Shown here piece by piece: positions 8,832 to 17,749 of a DNA stretch of 64,000 nt. Location: the IMG/VR virus record IMGVR_UViG_3300012348_000173, positions 1 through 64,000 of that record. The stretch is one strand, 5' to 3'. The translations under genes were made by a program, and so were the position numbers. Each line of letters starts with the position of its first letter. Within the stretch, counting starts at the first letter, position 1. The DNA comes from a virus. The notes beneath the pieces were generated by a model. The model did not search any database, was not told the origin of the DNA, and was given only the letters and a program-made list of their open reading frames with translations.

Positions 8832-9503
8832 TTAGCTGTTAAAGGTGGAGCTCTTTTCGAGAGCGATGTAATAGTTCACCGAAGCTGAAGAATGCGCCCA
8901 GTGAGAAATCAGTTTAGAGCTAATCTTAACCTCATAGTCGCCTGGGATAACCTTGAGGTTAGAGATAAGGAACTGAAGATCAAACGAACTTTTCTGATCA
9001 TTGCTTTCGTCAATAACAACCGAGAAAGTGTTTGCAGCACTATTCTTAGGATCAACAACCGACAGTGTAACCGTTCCGTCGTTACCTTGAATTGAAACGA
9101 TTGTATGACCAAGAACACCGGCAGCCTTACGAATTTGTGCAAGGACGTCTCCGCTGATGGTTACAGTGAGATCAGCATTTGGCATGTTGATCTTGTTCTT
9201 AGGAGACGTAAGAATGCTTGGATCGGCAAAGCGATATGACGCACGCGAGCGCCCAGATGCAAACTGAACAGAGCTGTCACTAAAAGTAAGATCAGGATCA
9301 GACATCAGGTTAAACATACTGATGAACTCGTTAAGATCATAAATGCCAAAGTCAGAAGTAAAAGTATCTGATACTGTAGCGGATGCCATGATGTTCTTTG
9401 CTTCAGAGATAGTGCTTAGAGGCTCTCCGCTCTTAACGACCAAGTTAGGATTGATCGATGCAAAGTTTTTCAGAATTTCTAGAGTAGATGTAGTTAGTTT
9501 CAT
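8832..9503 (-). CDS. gp45: Sliding clamp
   Basis: MKLT..TLEILKNFASIN, FGIYDLNEF, YYIALE. Confidence 0.96.
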   Translation of the reverse strand: MKLTTSTLEILKNFASINPNLVVKSGEPLSTISEAKNIMASATVSDTFTSDFGIYDLNEFISMFNLMSDPDLTFSDSSVQFASGRSRASYRFADPSILTSPKNKINMPNADLTVTISGDVLAQIRKAAGVLGHTIVSIQGNDGTVTLSVVDPKNSAANTFSVVIDESNDQKSSFDLQFLISNLKVIPGDYEVKISSKLISHWAHSSASVNYYIALEKSSTFNS

Positions 9504-9511
9504 ATAGAGTT

Positions 9512-9540
9512 ATATTAAATGGTATTTGACCAAATGTAAA
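9512..9540 (-). promoter_or_regulatory. Early promoter of gp45
   Basis: TTTACA-N17-TAATAT, then 8 nt to the ATG. Confidence 0.75.
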
Positions 9541-9849
9541 TTAAATTTTATGCTGCTGCAGTTCAATTAGAAACAACACGCATGCAGCGGCGTGTGCTGC
9601 GTGATGTAGGCCGCTTTCAGGATCGTATGTTTCACCTTTACGCAAAGCCCATAGATGTCGTTGAGCGGCCGCAAAGTAACGGTTTTCACCGTCTTCTAAC
9701 AGTCGCCAGTTTTCACGAGAGTACTTGTTCTTACCCATAGTTAATACCTTCACCAACTCATCGAGAGAATATGGAGGAAGTAAACTGTAGTCGGGCTTTT
9801 CAGTATCATACTTAATTCCAACCTGGATTCCTTGTTTTTCTTCAGACAT
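9541..9849 (-). CDS. dATP/dGTP diphosphohydrolase N-terminal-domain protein (DUF5664-like)
   Basis: GIKYDTEKP.YSLLP...G..KY...NW...AA.RHL...D.ESGLHH.AHA; start moved to MSEEK, downstream of the terminator. Confidence 0.8.
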   Translation of the reverse strand: MSEEKQGIQVGIKYDTEKPDYSLLPPYSLDELVKVLTMGKNKYSRENWRLLEDGENRYFAAAQRHLWALRKGETYDPESGLHHAAHAAACVLFLIELQQHKI

Positions 9850-9858
9850 AAAGGTATG

Positions 9859-9902
9859 AAAAAAGGCGGTAGGAGCGCCTGACCAAAGAACGCTCCTACC
9901 GC
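9859..9902 (-). terminator. Rho-independent terminator
   Basis: GCGGTAGGAGCG/CGCTCCTACCGC 12-bp stem followed by CTTTTTT. Confidence 0.85.
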
Positions 9903-9922
9903 ATGTGTACCACCAGGAAAGA

Positions 9923-10180
9923 TTAACCGTTACGACGCGGAGTGCCGAGGCGGAAACGGCGAGTAACATTACCGCGGCGATCCTTACGATCATTCAGATA
10001 GATCGGAAGACCATGATCGTTGCGAAGCTGATTGACGACACGGCGTGGATCGGAGATACCAGCGGCCTTAAGGTCAGCGACGGATGGCTCATAGCCGCTC
10101 TCGAGAACTGCATAAACAGCCTCCTTTTGAGTTTGAGTGCGGAGCATTGAGGATACTTTCTTAATTTCAGTCTTTGTCAT
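9923..10180 (-). CDS. Small winged-HTH-like DNA-binding protein
   Basis: 85 aa, basic; GISDPRRVVNQLR..GLPIY...FRLG pattern. Confidence 0.6.
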   Translation of the reverse strand: MTKTEIKKVSSMLRTQTQKEAVYAVLESGYEPSVADLKAAGISDPRRVVNQLRNDHGLPIYLNDRKDRRGNVTRRFRLGTPRRNG

Positions 10181-10245
10181 TGTGTTATGTTGTTTTGGTT
10201 GTCGAGTTCGTGTTCACGTTTTAGCGGGAACTCACCGCTAAAGTT

Positions 10246-11460
10246 TTAGAATGGATGTTCATCTTCGACGCGCGGAGCGATTCCATGATCAGCAACCGCG
10301 TCATCGGCCTTGAGAATACCTGCATCAATCTTGGTGTAAAGATCGAGGAACGCTTCGCGCGTTTCGGTCTCAAAGCGAGAGATACACATGTTGATTGCCT
10401 GCAAGCGATCGCGGAAGATACCAAAGGCCTTCACGATGTGACACAGGCGGCGAGTACTGATGAGTTCATCAATGCCTTCGCTTTCGTAGGTCTTGCGGAT
10501 AACGCTGGACCAGTTCACCAGCTTGTCAGCAAAGTCATCGTCCTCAATATCGTACATTTCCATGTGCTTGCCGACGATGTTACGCTCAATCTTGAAGTTG
10601 GGATACGGCTGATCAATCGTAGCAACGAAACGCTCGATGAATGCGTCGTCGATGATATTAGCGGCGCTGTAGCGACCGTCGTCACTTCCCCGGCCCTTGG
10701 TATTCGCAGTAGCAATTACGTTGAACCCAGGAGCCGGGGATACCACCTGACCAATCTTTTTCACGAGGACGGGCTTGCCTTCAAGAACGCCCTGAAGACA
10801 CATGATCTTGTTAGAGCCACGGTCAAGCTCGTCGATCAGAAGAATGCAGCCGCGCTCCATGGCCTTGATGACAGGGCCTTTGTGGAAAACGGTCTCGCCG
10901 TTAATAAGACGGAAGCCTCCAATAAGATCGTCTTCGTCGGTCTCAGGACTGATTTGAACGCGGACATATTCGCGCTTGAGCTTGGCACATGCCTGCTCAA
11001 CCATCATAGTCTTGCCGTTACCCGACAAGCCGCTGATGTAAAGAGGGAAGAAGAGACGGGACTCAATGACGCGACGGACGGTCTTATAGTCACCCCACGG
11101 AACAAAAGTAGGGTCAGCCTCAGGGATGTAAATGTCGTCATTGACAATCGCGGTAATTGAAGGCATGCTTTGACGCATAGCCTGGGATGGGATTGTCTTC
11201 GGAGAAGATGATGCATCAGCGACCTCAGGCGCCGATTCATTGGACGGCTCGCCATTAAGTTGTGCATATAGCTTGCGCATGTCAAACTTGCCGCGACCTG
11301 CTTTAAAGCGGTCAAGCATAAGATTGTTTTTCACGCCTCCGTAAGTGAAGCCATGTGCGCGGCCCACTTCATAGAGTTGTTTAGAGGTCACAGCCGCAAG
11401 GGACACGCCGGTCGCGTGAATGGCAGTGAGCGTATTGAGTGCTTTGGTTCGGTCAGTCAT
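10246..11460 (-). CDS. MoxR/CobS-like AAA+ ATPase
   Basis: GLSGNGKT, DDLIGGFRL, LLIDELD, ATANTKGRG, ERF, ISTRRL; ATG at 11460 chosen over the upstream TTG. Confidence 0.9.
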   Translation of the reverse strand: MTDRTKALNTLTAIHATGVSLAAVTSKQLYEVGRAHGFTYGGVKNNLMLDRFKAGRGKFDMRKLYAQLNGEPSNESAPEVADASSSPKTIPSQAMRQSMPSITAIVNDDIYIPEADPTFVPWGDYKTVRRVIESRLFFPLYISGLSGNGKTMMVEQACAKLKREYVRVQISPETDEDDLIGGFRLINGETVFHKGPVIKAMERGCILLIDELDRGSNKIMCLQGVLEGKPVLVKKIGQVVSPAPGFNVIATANTKGRGSDDGRYSAANIIDDAFIERFVATIDQPYPNFKIERNIVGKHMEMYDIEDDDFADKLVNWSSVIRKTYESEGIDELISTRRLCHIVKAFGIFRDRLQAINMCISRFETETREAFLDLYTKIDAGILKADDAVADHGIAPRVEDEHPF

Positions 11461-11487
11461 ATAGTGGTTATTCAATCGGTACGAGTT

Positions 11488-11535
11488 ATAGTAACCTAAA
11501 TTTCACGGAATGTAAATAACTTTTTTCATAAATTT
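11488..11535 (-). promoter_or_regulatory. Early promoter with A-rich upstream element
   Basis: AAATTTATGAAAAAAGTTA-TTTACA-N17-TACTAT. Confidence 0.85.
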
Positions 11536-11552
11536 CACAGTATTTTCACAGA

Positions 11553-13967
11553 TCAGCCGATCAGTTCGGCAAATTTGTGTACGAATACCCGCGAGGACTT
11601 CTTCGAAGAGGAGAATTTCGTAAATTCCTTTGCAAGCTTGTTTTGTGCAGAAGCATTGTTAAGATTGCCCATATCAACTTTGGTGTCAAAGTCTTCATCT
11701 TCATCAGGCATTTCAAGAACGTCGCGGCCGTCAAACGCAAAGAGCATATCATATCCGCCGCCGTTCTTAATAGTAAGAATGCCGTCATTTGCACGAATTT
11801 CACGAGAGGAAGCCTTGAACTTGTCAGCGGCTACACCCCAGTTAGAAACATCGCGATCAACATTACGGAAAGCATCAATGCAGTGAGTCTTAAAGGACCG
11901 TTGGTTTTCAGCAATGAAGTAGCCAATCACAGTACTTTGAGTAACAGCGCGGAATCCGCGGATCGCTGCAGCCATAGCGCCTTTAGGATAATGCGTGCTC
12001 CAGTTAAGAGATTCGCGGCCAAACCGCATTTCATAACCGTTGCTCCACTGCTCAGTATTCTTACGGTGATTGCGGTCGATGATGTTGTCATACACTGCAA
12101 TCATGCAAGGATCGCCGTCAGTGAGAAAGGTAGTGCTCATCTTTTGAACAGTATTTTCCGCGCGAAAACGCTTGACAAGTTCACTTGCAATTATGATTGT
12201 CTCAACAAGAGGAGTTGCGCCAAAGATTTCATAATCAGACTTAAAGAGAACATATGCGCTGTTGCCATGGATACCGTAAATACCATGGGTGCGGCGATAC
12301 CAGGACATTGCGTACATTTCCTTGATACACTTGTCAAACTCAAGCTTCTTCAGCGAAGAATTTAGAATCTCGAAGACGTTCACATTGTCAAAGTTCATCG
12401 ACATACCTGGTGCATACGATATCGGCTCACGCGATACTTTAGTAAGATATCCGCTAGTAAAGCCATACACGACGAACGGAATATTCACTGCCTTACAGAA
12501 GGTCACAAGCTGAATAGTCTGCTCAATGACTGAGCCAAGCGTGCGACCCATAGACCCGCTATAGTCGATGAAAAATGCCATGCCGTGGTTTTTGGACTCG
12601 GCCAAGGTAGTCACGCTACGGAAGATTTGATCTTCGTACTTGTAAGAATGCAAGCGGTTCACGTCAAGCGTGCCGTTTGTCGAGCGGCGTGCACGGCTGT
12701 ATTGATATGCAGCTTTGCGGCGCTCAAACTCCTTGATGAGGACCTGCACATGCTTTTTGGTTGAATCTTTGAACTTACGATATGCTTCAGCAAGTTCAGG
12801 ATTAGACATAATCTCATCATACTTCTCGTCACAACGACGAGATTCCAAGACCGTCTTAAGTGAAGTCACCGCACGCAACATTTGAGCGCTTGTAGGAACA
12901 TTCACTTGAGTCGTATCAATCTTTTCTTGCATCTCAGTGGTACCTTTGTCAAGTTCTCGCTGATGAGTTGCTGCAAAGTTACTTGCCATGTCAGGCGAGT
13001 ATTCAATATTAGGATCGGACGATTGATCAGCAGAGGATGATCCGTTATCGGACGCGTCCTGATTGTCGCTTTCGTCGTCAAGCGGTTCATCCTTTCCGGA
13101 ATTTCCGCCGGCGCCATCAGATTCATCATTTCCTGAAGATCCATTGTTCTTTGACTTTTCATCATCAGGCTTCTTGGGCTTCTCGCCTTCAGTACCTCCG
13201 GAAGAGGAATCAGATTCGGATTCCGATTCACCTGAAGAAGAGTCATCGGATTCGGAATCAGCGTCAGATGATTCCGAACTTTGCTTCTCCTGTTTAGATG
13301 CACGCGAGCGCGATCCGCTGGACTCACTCTTTTCACCGGTCTTGCCGGCCTGCTTCAGATCAGCGGATTCTTCGTCTTGCGGCTGCTGCGATTTTTCAAC
13401 AAGATCGTAAAGCTGCTGGCAAACTTCAAGTACATCATCAAAGGTCTCAGCGGTATAGGCAGCGTCATAAATCACGCGCTCCTCAGCAGAAAGCGGGACA
13501 TTCACAAGATGGCCAATCTTTGCGTGTAGGTTAATACGGTCCGCAATTGACAGCTTGGAGAGGTCGACTCCGTTGATTTTGAAAAGGTCCTTTGCAACGA
13601 AGGAACGATAGCCTTCACGAAAGGAATGAACAAGCCCAGGGTAAGTGGACTGAATCATCCGCTCAATGCGGACGTCTTCAATCACGTTGCAAATATCAAA
13701 CGGGATGTTTGGGAAGCGCTTATAGAACTTCTCAATGCCATCCTGCGGCGTGTAAAGCGCATGACCAACTTCGTGGCCAACAAGCAGGTCCGAAACTTGC
13801 TTGCTTTCGGCGTTCCACATAGGCATGCCGAGCACGCGTGTTTTGGGCTCAAAGAAAGCAGTTTGGTAATTGCCAAAACGGACGGTAATGTTTTCCTTAG
13901 CCAGGAGTTTCGCGAGCATGCTTTGATGCGCTTCGCGGGGTTTCTGAACGGTAGTTCCAATCGGCAT
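11553..13967 (-). CDS. CobT-like protein: HExxH metallopeptidase-like domain, acidic linker, vWA domain
   Basis: GHEVGH...NVIEDVRIE; S/D/E-rich linker; MIDAS DYSGS, TPL, LTDG; paired with a MoxR ATPase; start moved to MPIG, downstream of the promoter. Confidence 0.85.
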   Translation of the reverse strand: MPIGTTVQKPREAHQSMLAKLLAKENITVRFGNYQTAFFEPKTRVLGMPMWNAESKQVSDLLVGHEVGHALYTPQDGIEKFYKRFPNIPFDICNVIEDVRIERMIQSTYPGLVHSFREGYRSFVAKDLFKINGVDLSKLSIADRINLHAKIGHLVNVPLSAEERVIYDAAYTAETFDDVLEVCQQLYDLVEKSQQPQDEESADLKQAGKTGEKSESSGSRSRASKQEKQSSESSDADSESDDSSSGESESESDSSSGGTEGEKPKKPDDEKSKNNGSSGNDESDGAGGNSGKDEPLDDESDNQDASDNGSSSADQSSDPNIEYSPDMASNFAATHQRELDKGTTEMQEKIDTTQVNVPTSAQMLRAVTSLKTVLESRRCDEKYDEIMSNPELAEAYRKFKDSTKKHVQVLIKEFERRKAAYQYSRARRSTNGTLDVNRLHSYKYEDQIFRSVTTLAESKNHGMAFFIDYSGSMGRTLGSVIEQTIQLVTFCKAVNIPFVVYGFTSGYLTKVSREPISYAPGMSMNFDNVNVFEILNSSLKKLEFDKCIKEMYAMSWYRRTHGIYGIHGNSAYVLFKSDYEIFGATPLVETIIIASELVKRFRAENTVQKMSTTFLTDGDPCMIAVYDNIIDRNHRKNTEQWSNGYEMRFGRESLNWSTHYPKGAMAAAIRGFRAVTQSTVIGYFIAENQRSFKTHCIDAFRNVDRDVSNWGVAADKFKASSREIRANDGILTIKNGGGYDMLFAFDGRDVLEMPDEDEDFDTKVDMGNLNNASAQNKLAKEFTKFSSSKKSSRVFVHKFAELIG

Positions 13968-13973
13968 GACAGA

Positions 13974-14022
13974 ATAATAAACGGAAAACCGACCGATGTA
14001 AATAACTTTTTTCATAAATTTT
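13974..14022 (-). promoter_or_regulatory. Early promoter with A-rich upstream element
   Basis: AAATTTATGAAAAAAGTTA-TTTACA-N17-TATTAT, then 6 nt to the ATG. Confidence 0.85.
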
Positions 14023-14142
14023 CACAGAATTTTCATTCGTATCCGTAACTTATTGAAAATGAATGGTTTACATAAAAGTATGAAATTTGGGCATTTTAAT
14101 GTGGCCGAACGGGTAAATTACCGACAAATGACAAAAATGCAC

Positions 14143-14183
14143 AAAAAAGCCCATTTCCGCATAAAATCACGAAAATGGGCTTT
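14143..14183 (-). terminator. Terminator after gp46
   Basis: AAAGCCCATTT...AAATGGGCTTT stem with a following T-run on the minus strand. Confidence 0.7.
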
Positions 14184-14206
14184 GTAACCTATTGAAATTG
14201 AAAAGG

Positions 14207-15928
14207 TTACGTGATGCTTTTTATGCGAGTAAAATTTTGGCGTCTTTCAAACTCGATCTTCTGATCGAACTTTCCTTCCAACAAATCCTGTTTATGACTA
14301 ATCACAAATACTCGAGTCTCAGGATCAAGCGTGTTCATAATCTTTAGCAGGTTGTCAATGCCATCGGTGTCAAGACTTGCATCAAAGACTTCATCGAGAA
14401 TTAGAAGGTTTGTGTTTGCACTATTCTTCATTCTAGCAATTTGTCGCCATGCAAATAGTATGCTTAAATCGATGCGTTGTTTTTCTCCTTCGCTAAAACT
14501 TGCATAACTAAAGTCGTCACGATAGCGACTGCGGATAGTTTCCGAAAAGTTTTCGTCGAGCTCAAAAGAAACAAAGAAGTCAAGAATCTGAAGGTAATGG
14601 TTAATCAGCTTATTCATAACCGGAAGATACTGACGAATAATCTTTGTCTTGATGCCAGTATCCTTTAGGAGTTCTGCAATGACTTCATTGTAAGTACGTT
14701 CTTCAAGTTGCGAACTCTTAAGATCGCTTAGCAGGTCACGATCATCATTTATGGAATGCAGGTCATCTTCTGCTTTACGTAGGTCTTCGTGGTTACATTC
14801 CTTTTTCTTTAGATTTTCAAGATCACGAATACGACGTTCATAATTACCAACGACCGTATTATTTCCGCTAACCGTATTGTTCAGCTTAAGAAGTGCAGAT
14901 AACTTAGATTCATATTCCACAAACTTTTCTTCGGTTTCTTTTATACTTTGCAGTAGCTGCTCGCGACCGTCAGCTAATTCCTTTGCACGACAGCGGCATT
15001 CATCAAGTTTTGATTCACGAACGGTTTCTTCAATCGTCTGACTACACGTTGGGCATTCGGTGTGTTGTTCGTAAAACTTAGATTCCGAAATAATCTTCTT
15101 AATGTTAGCATTAATTTGATGCTCATATCCTTTTAGCTTTGCACGGGTTTGTTCAGTTGACTTTAGTGTCTTATGTGCCGATTCATAATTTGCATTATAT
15201 TCCGCAAGCATCTCTTCATTCTTTTTAAGGAGAGTTTCAATTTGTTCGCGTAGATGAAGTATCTCATCATCATATTTTGCAGCGTTTGTTTCGCCAATAG
15301 ACTTTAGGCTATCAATGTATTTGCGCTGCATAACGATCTTTTCGTTAATCAGACTGTATTGATATTCAGTGTCTTTGATTGTTTCCTTTAGCTTTGCGCT
15401 GCTTTCCTTTAGTACACCATTCATTCGCGAAAAGACCACAATGTCAAGAAGGTCCTCAATAACTTCACGACGATGGTATGCACTAAGTTGCATAAACGGA
15501 ACAAAGTTGCTGCTGCCCAGGACAACCACTTGGTGGAAGCTCTTGTGGTTTAATTTCAGAATGTTTGTCTCAAGCAGCTTCTGATAATCACGCGAATGAC
15601 TTTCTTGATTGACCATTACGCCATTTACCCAAATCTCAAAGATGTTAGGTTTAAGACCGCGGATGATTTTGTATTCAGATGGGCCGTTTTGAAATTCAAT
15701 CTCGACGCGTGTACCTTTGCCATTAATGCTGTTGATTAGCTGAGGCTTGTTGATAGCGCGATGAGGTTTACCAAACAACACAAATGACAATGCGTCAAGC
15801 ATTAGACTTTTGCCACTTCCGTTGTGCCCGACAATTAGCGTGCTGCGGATACTGTCAAGATCAATTTCAATTTCATTATCTCCGACACTCAGGAAGTTCT
15901 TGTATCTTAGTTTCTTAAAGATTAGCAT
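14207..15928 (-). CDS. gp46: Recombination endonuclease ATPase subunit (Rad50/SbcC-like)
   Basis: GHNGSGKS, CPTC zinc hook, FSEGE, LILDE; start at MLIFKK. Confidence 0.96.
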   Translation of the reverse strand: MLIFKKLRYKNFLSVGDNEIEIDLDSIRSTLIVGHNGSGKSLMLDALSFVLFGKPHRAINKPQLINSINGKGTRVEIEFQNGPSEYKIIRGLKPNIFEIWVNGVMVNQESHSRDYQKLLETNILKLNHKSFHQVVVLGSSNFVPFMQLSAYHRREVIEDLLDIVVFSRMNGVLKESSAKLKETIKDTEYQYSLINEKIVMQRKYIDSLKSIGETNAAKYDDEILHLREQIETLLKKNEEMLAEYNANYESAHKTLKSTEQTRAKLKGYEHQINANIKKIISESKFYEQHTECPTCSQTIEETVRESKLDECRCRAKELADGREQLLQSIKETEEKFVEYESKLSALLKLNNTVSGNNTVVGNYERRIRDLENLKKKECNHEDLRKAEDDLHSINDDRDLLSDLKSSQLEERTYNEVIAELLKDTGIKTKIIRQYLPVMNKLINHYLQILDFFVSFELDENFSETIRSRYRDDFSYASFSEGEKQRIDLSILFAWRQIARMKNSANTNLLILDEVFDASLDTDGIDNLLKIMNTLDPETRVFVISHKQDLLEGKFDQKIEFERRQNFTRIKSIT

Positions 15929-15935
15929 ATGCTTA

Positions 15936-17015
15936 TTAAATAGACTCAAGGTTTTGTGCTTCAACGTATAGCTCTTGCAGACGACGCTTGATGCGTTCTT
16001 TGTCAAGAGTTGTATCTACAGCATCAACGTATGTATTAAGTAGTGTGACAGTGTCGCTGATATTCACTTCATCGTCTGCGACGTTATCAGCATTATATTC
16101 ATTTAGGTTTTCAACAATCTTGTATTCAAACGGCTCGTTTGCAACAATCTTATCAAGGTACTTATCAAATGCATATGGGTCTTTCTTGCTTGCCACAATG
16201 ATCTTAACAAAAGATCCTCGAACATGTGACAGATCCATGTTGGCAACTTCAGAGGTTGGATTGATGAATAATGAATCATCATAAACCAGTCGCTTGAAGA
16301 TTGTCATGTCATTGCGAACCGGCAGCAACTCTCGTGTACTTGTGTCAAGAATGTGGAAGTACTTTGGATCATTGCAGTCAGCCCATGTTTGTTCAAATGG
16401 GATTCCAAGATATGTAATGTTTCCACGCGCGCTCTTTGTATGATAGTGACCGGATAGAACCATTTCATAACGCTTGAAAAGGTCACTGTCCATACCGTGA
16501 CTAATTGCAGGTGCGCCTTTCATCATTTCAAATCCAGACAGCTCAAGGTGTCCTCCAAGAATTGGAGCATCTGCGGTCTCAATAAACTTTATGCTCTCAG
16601 CATAATTTTCAGAGTTGATCCAAGGCAACAATGCGATTCGCAAACCATCATATTCATTAACGGTTGGCTGCATGTATAAGTTAACGACATCAGAATAATG
16701 AGTCAGGATTTCAACCAAACTGCAAAGATCATTTGTGTTCTTGTAGAAAACGTCATGATTTCCACAAATGATATCCATCGTCAATCCATACTCACGCAAC
16801 TTGTCAAGAAACATTTCACGATTGCGACGCAGTACTTTGTAATTAGCAACGCGACGATGGTCATAATAGTCTCCAAGATGGATGATCTTGGTTATTCCTC
16901 GATCACGAATGTATGGGAAGAACACCTCCGCATAAAATCGTTCTGCATAATCAAGAAAGATATCACTGCCGTTTTTAACGCCGGCATGTGTGTCAGTTAT
17001 AATTGCAATTTGCAT
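15936..17015 (-). CDS. gp47: Recombination endonuclease subunit (Mre11/SbcD-like)
   Basis: DTH, GD.YD, GNHD, GHYH phosphoesterase motifs; start at MQIAII. Confidence 0.96.
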   Translation of the reverse strand: MQIAIITDTHAGVKNGSDIFLDYAERFYAEVFFPYIRDRGITKIIHLGDYYDHRRVANYKVLRRNREMFLDKLREYGLTMDIICGNHDVFYKNTNDLCSLVEILTHYSDVVNLYMQPTVNEYDGLRIALLPWINSENYAESIKFIETADAPILGGHLELSGFEMMKGAPAISHGMDSDLFKRYEMVLSGHYHTKSARGNITYLGIPFEQTWADCNDPKYFHILDTSTRELLPVRNDMTIFKRLVYDDSLFINPTSEVANMDLSHVRGSFVKIIVASKKDPYAFDKYLDKIVANEPFEYKIVENLNEYNADNVADDEVNISDTVTLLNTYVDAVDTTLDKERIKRRLQELYVEAQNLESI

Positions 17016-17016
17016 A

Positions 17017-17646
17017 TTATTCAATAAAGTCTGATAGAGGACCAACACGTGCAGCCTTCACAGATCTTTTTAGAGGCTTAACGACAACCGCTTCGTCTGA
17101 CGGTGTTTCCTTTCGATAGTCATAAAAGGCTGCATTCTTTCGACGAACCTTCTCAACTATGTTTTCACCAACTCCTGCATTGTCATCATCCATATCCATG
17201 AATGTTCCAATAGCACCGTTGTCAATCATTTTCATTTTGATTTCCAACTGTCGCTTTTCCTTTGCGATCCTACGGAGAAAAGCATAGTAGCAAATTTGAG
17301 TAAAGTAACCAAATGCATTCGGTGATCCTCCACGTGTCTTTGCCTTTTCATCAAAGTTCTTTACTGCTTTAATACAGTCAATCACTCCATCCATAACCAT
17401 ATCTTCGCGGTATGGATAGTTTATGTAACTAGGTCCGCGGGATAATCCGTTTGAGATTTTTAGAATTGACGTTGCAATATAATCGCTTGGCTGTGGAATT
17501 TCTTGACCGTTCTTCTTTGCATCTGAAACGATTGCAGCATATTTAATTACTGCTTCACTAAGCTCTTTGTTATTGACATAGTCCTCTCCACGGGATTTTC
17601 TCTTCTTAAGAGGTTTAATATTTTCTTCAGCTATATCATGTTTCAT
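17017..17646 (-). CDS. gp55: Late sigma factor
   Basis: YVNNKEL, YPYREDMV.DG, NAFGYFTQI.YYAFLRRIAKEK. Confidence 0.95.
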   Translation of the reverse strand: MKHDIAEENIKPLKKRKSRGEDYVNNKELSEAVIKYAAIVSDAKKNGQEIPQPSDYIATSILKISNGLSRGPSYINYPYREDMVMDGVIDCIKAVKNFDEKAKTRGGSPNAFGYFTQICYYAFLRRIAKEKRQLEIKMKMIDNGAIGTFMDMDDDNAGVGENIVEKVRRKNAAFYDYRKETPSDEAVVVKPLKRSVKAARVGPLSDFIE

Positions 17647-17652
17647 ATTAGT

Positions 17653-17690
17653 ATAATAACATAAAAATCTTAGATGTAAATAACTTTTTT
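17653..17690 (-). promoter_or_regulatory. Early promoter of gp55
   Basis: AAAAAAGTTA-TTTACA-N16-TATTAT with extended TG, then 6 nt to the ATG. Confidence 0.75.
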
Positions 17691-17697
17691 ACTAAAT

Positions 17698-17739
17698 ATG
17701 AATTTTGTTATTTACATCATAACTAACCGATGTTATAAT
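17698..17739 (+). promoter_or_regulatory. Orphan plus-strand sigma70-type promoter
   Basis: TTTACA-N17-TATAAT with TGn; no plus-strand ORF follows. Confidence 0.7.
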
Positions 17740-17749
17740 ACTATTAACG

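Noticed and set aside
10199-10243. Hairpin TTTAGCGG/CCGCTAAA between the AAA ATPase and HTH genes as an ncRNA or terminator
   Set aside because: Short stem without a U-tract on the coding strand; could be a stability or processing hairpin but is not supportable
10255-13410. Long plus-strand ORFs (10255-11160, 11577-12365, 13063-13410)
   Set aside because: Antisense shadows of strongly codon-biased real genes, with no motifs or expression signals
10246-13967. cobS/cobT as cobalamin auxiliary metabolic genes
   Set aside because: No other cob genes; the MoxR-vWA pair with a peptidase domain is a generic phage module
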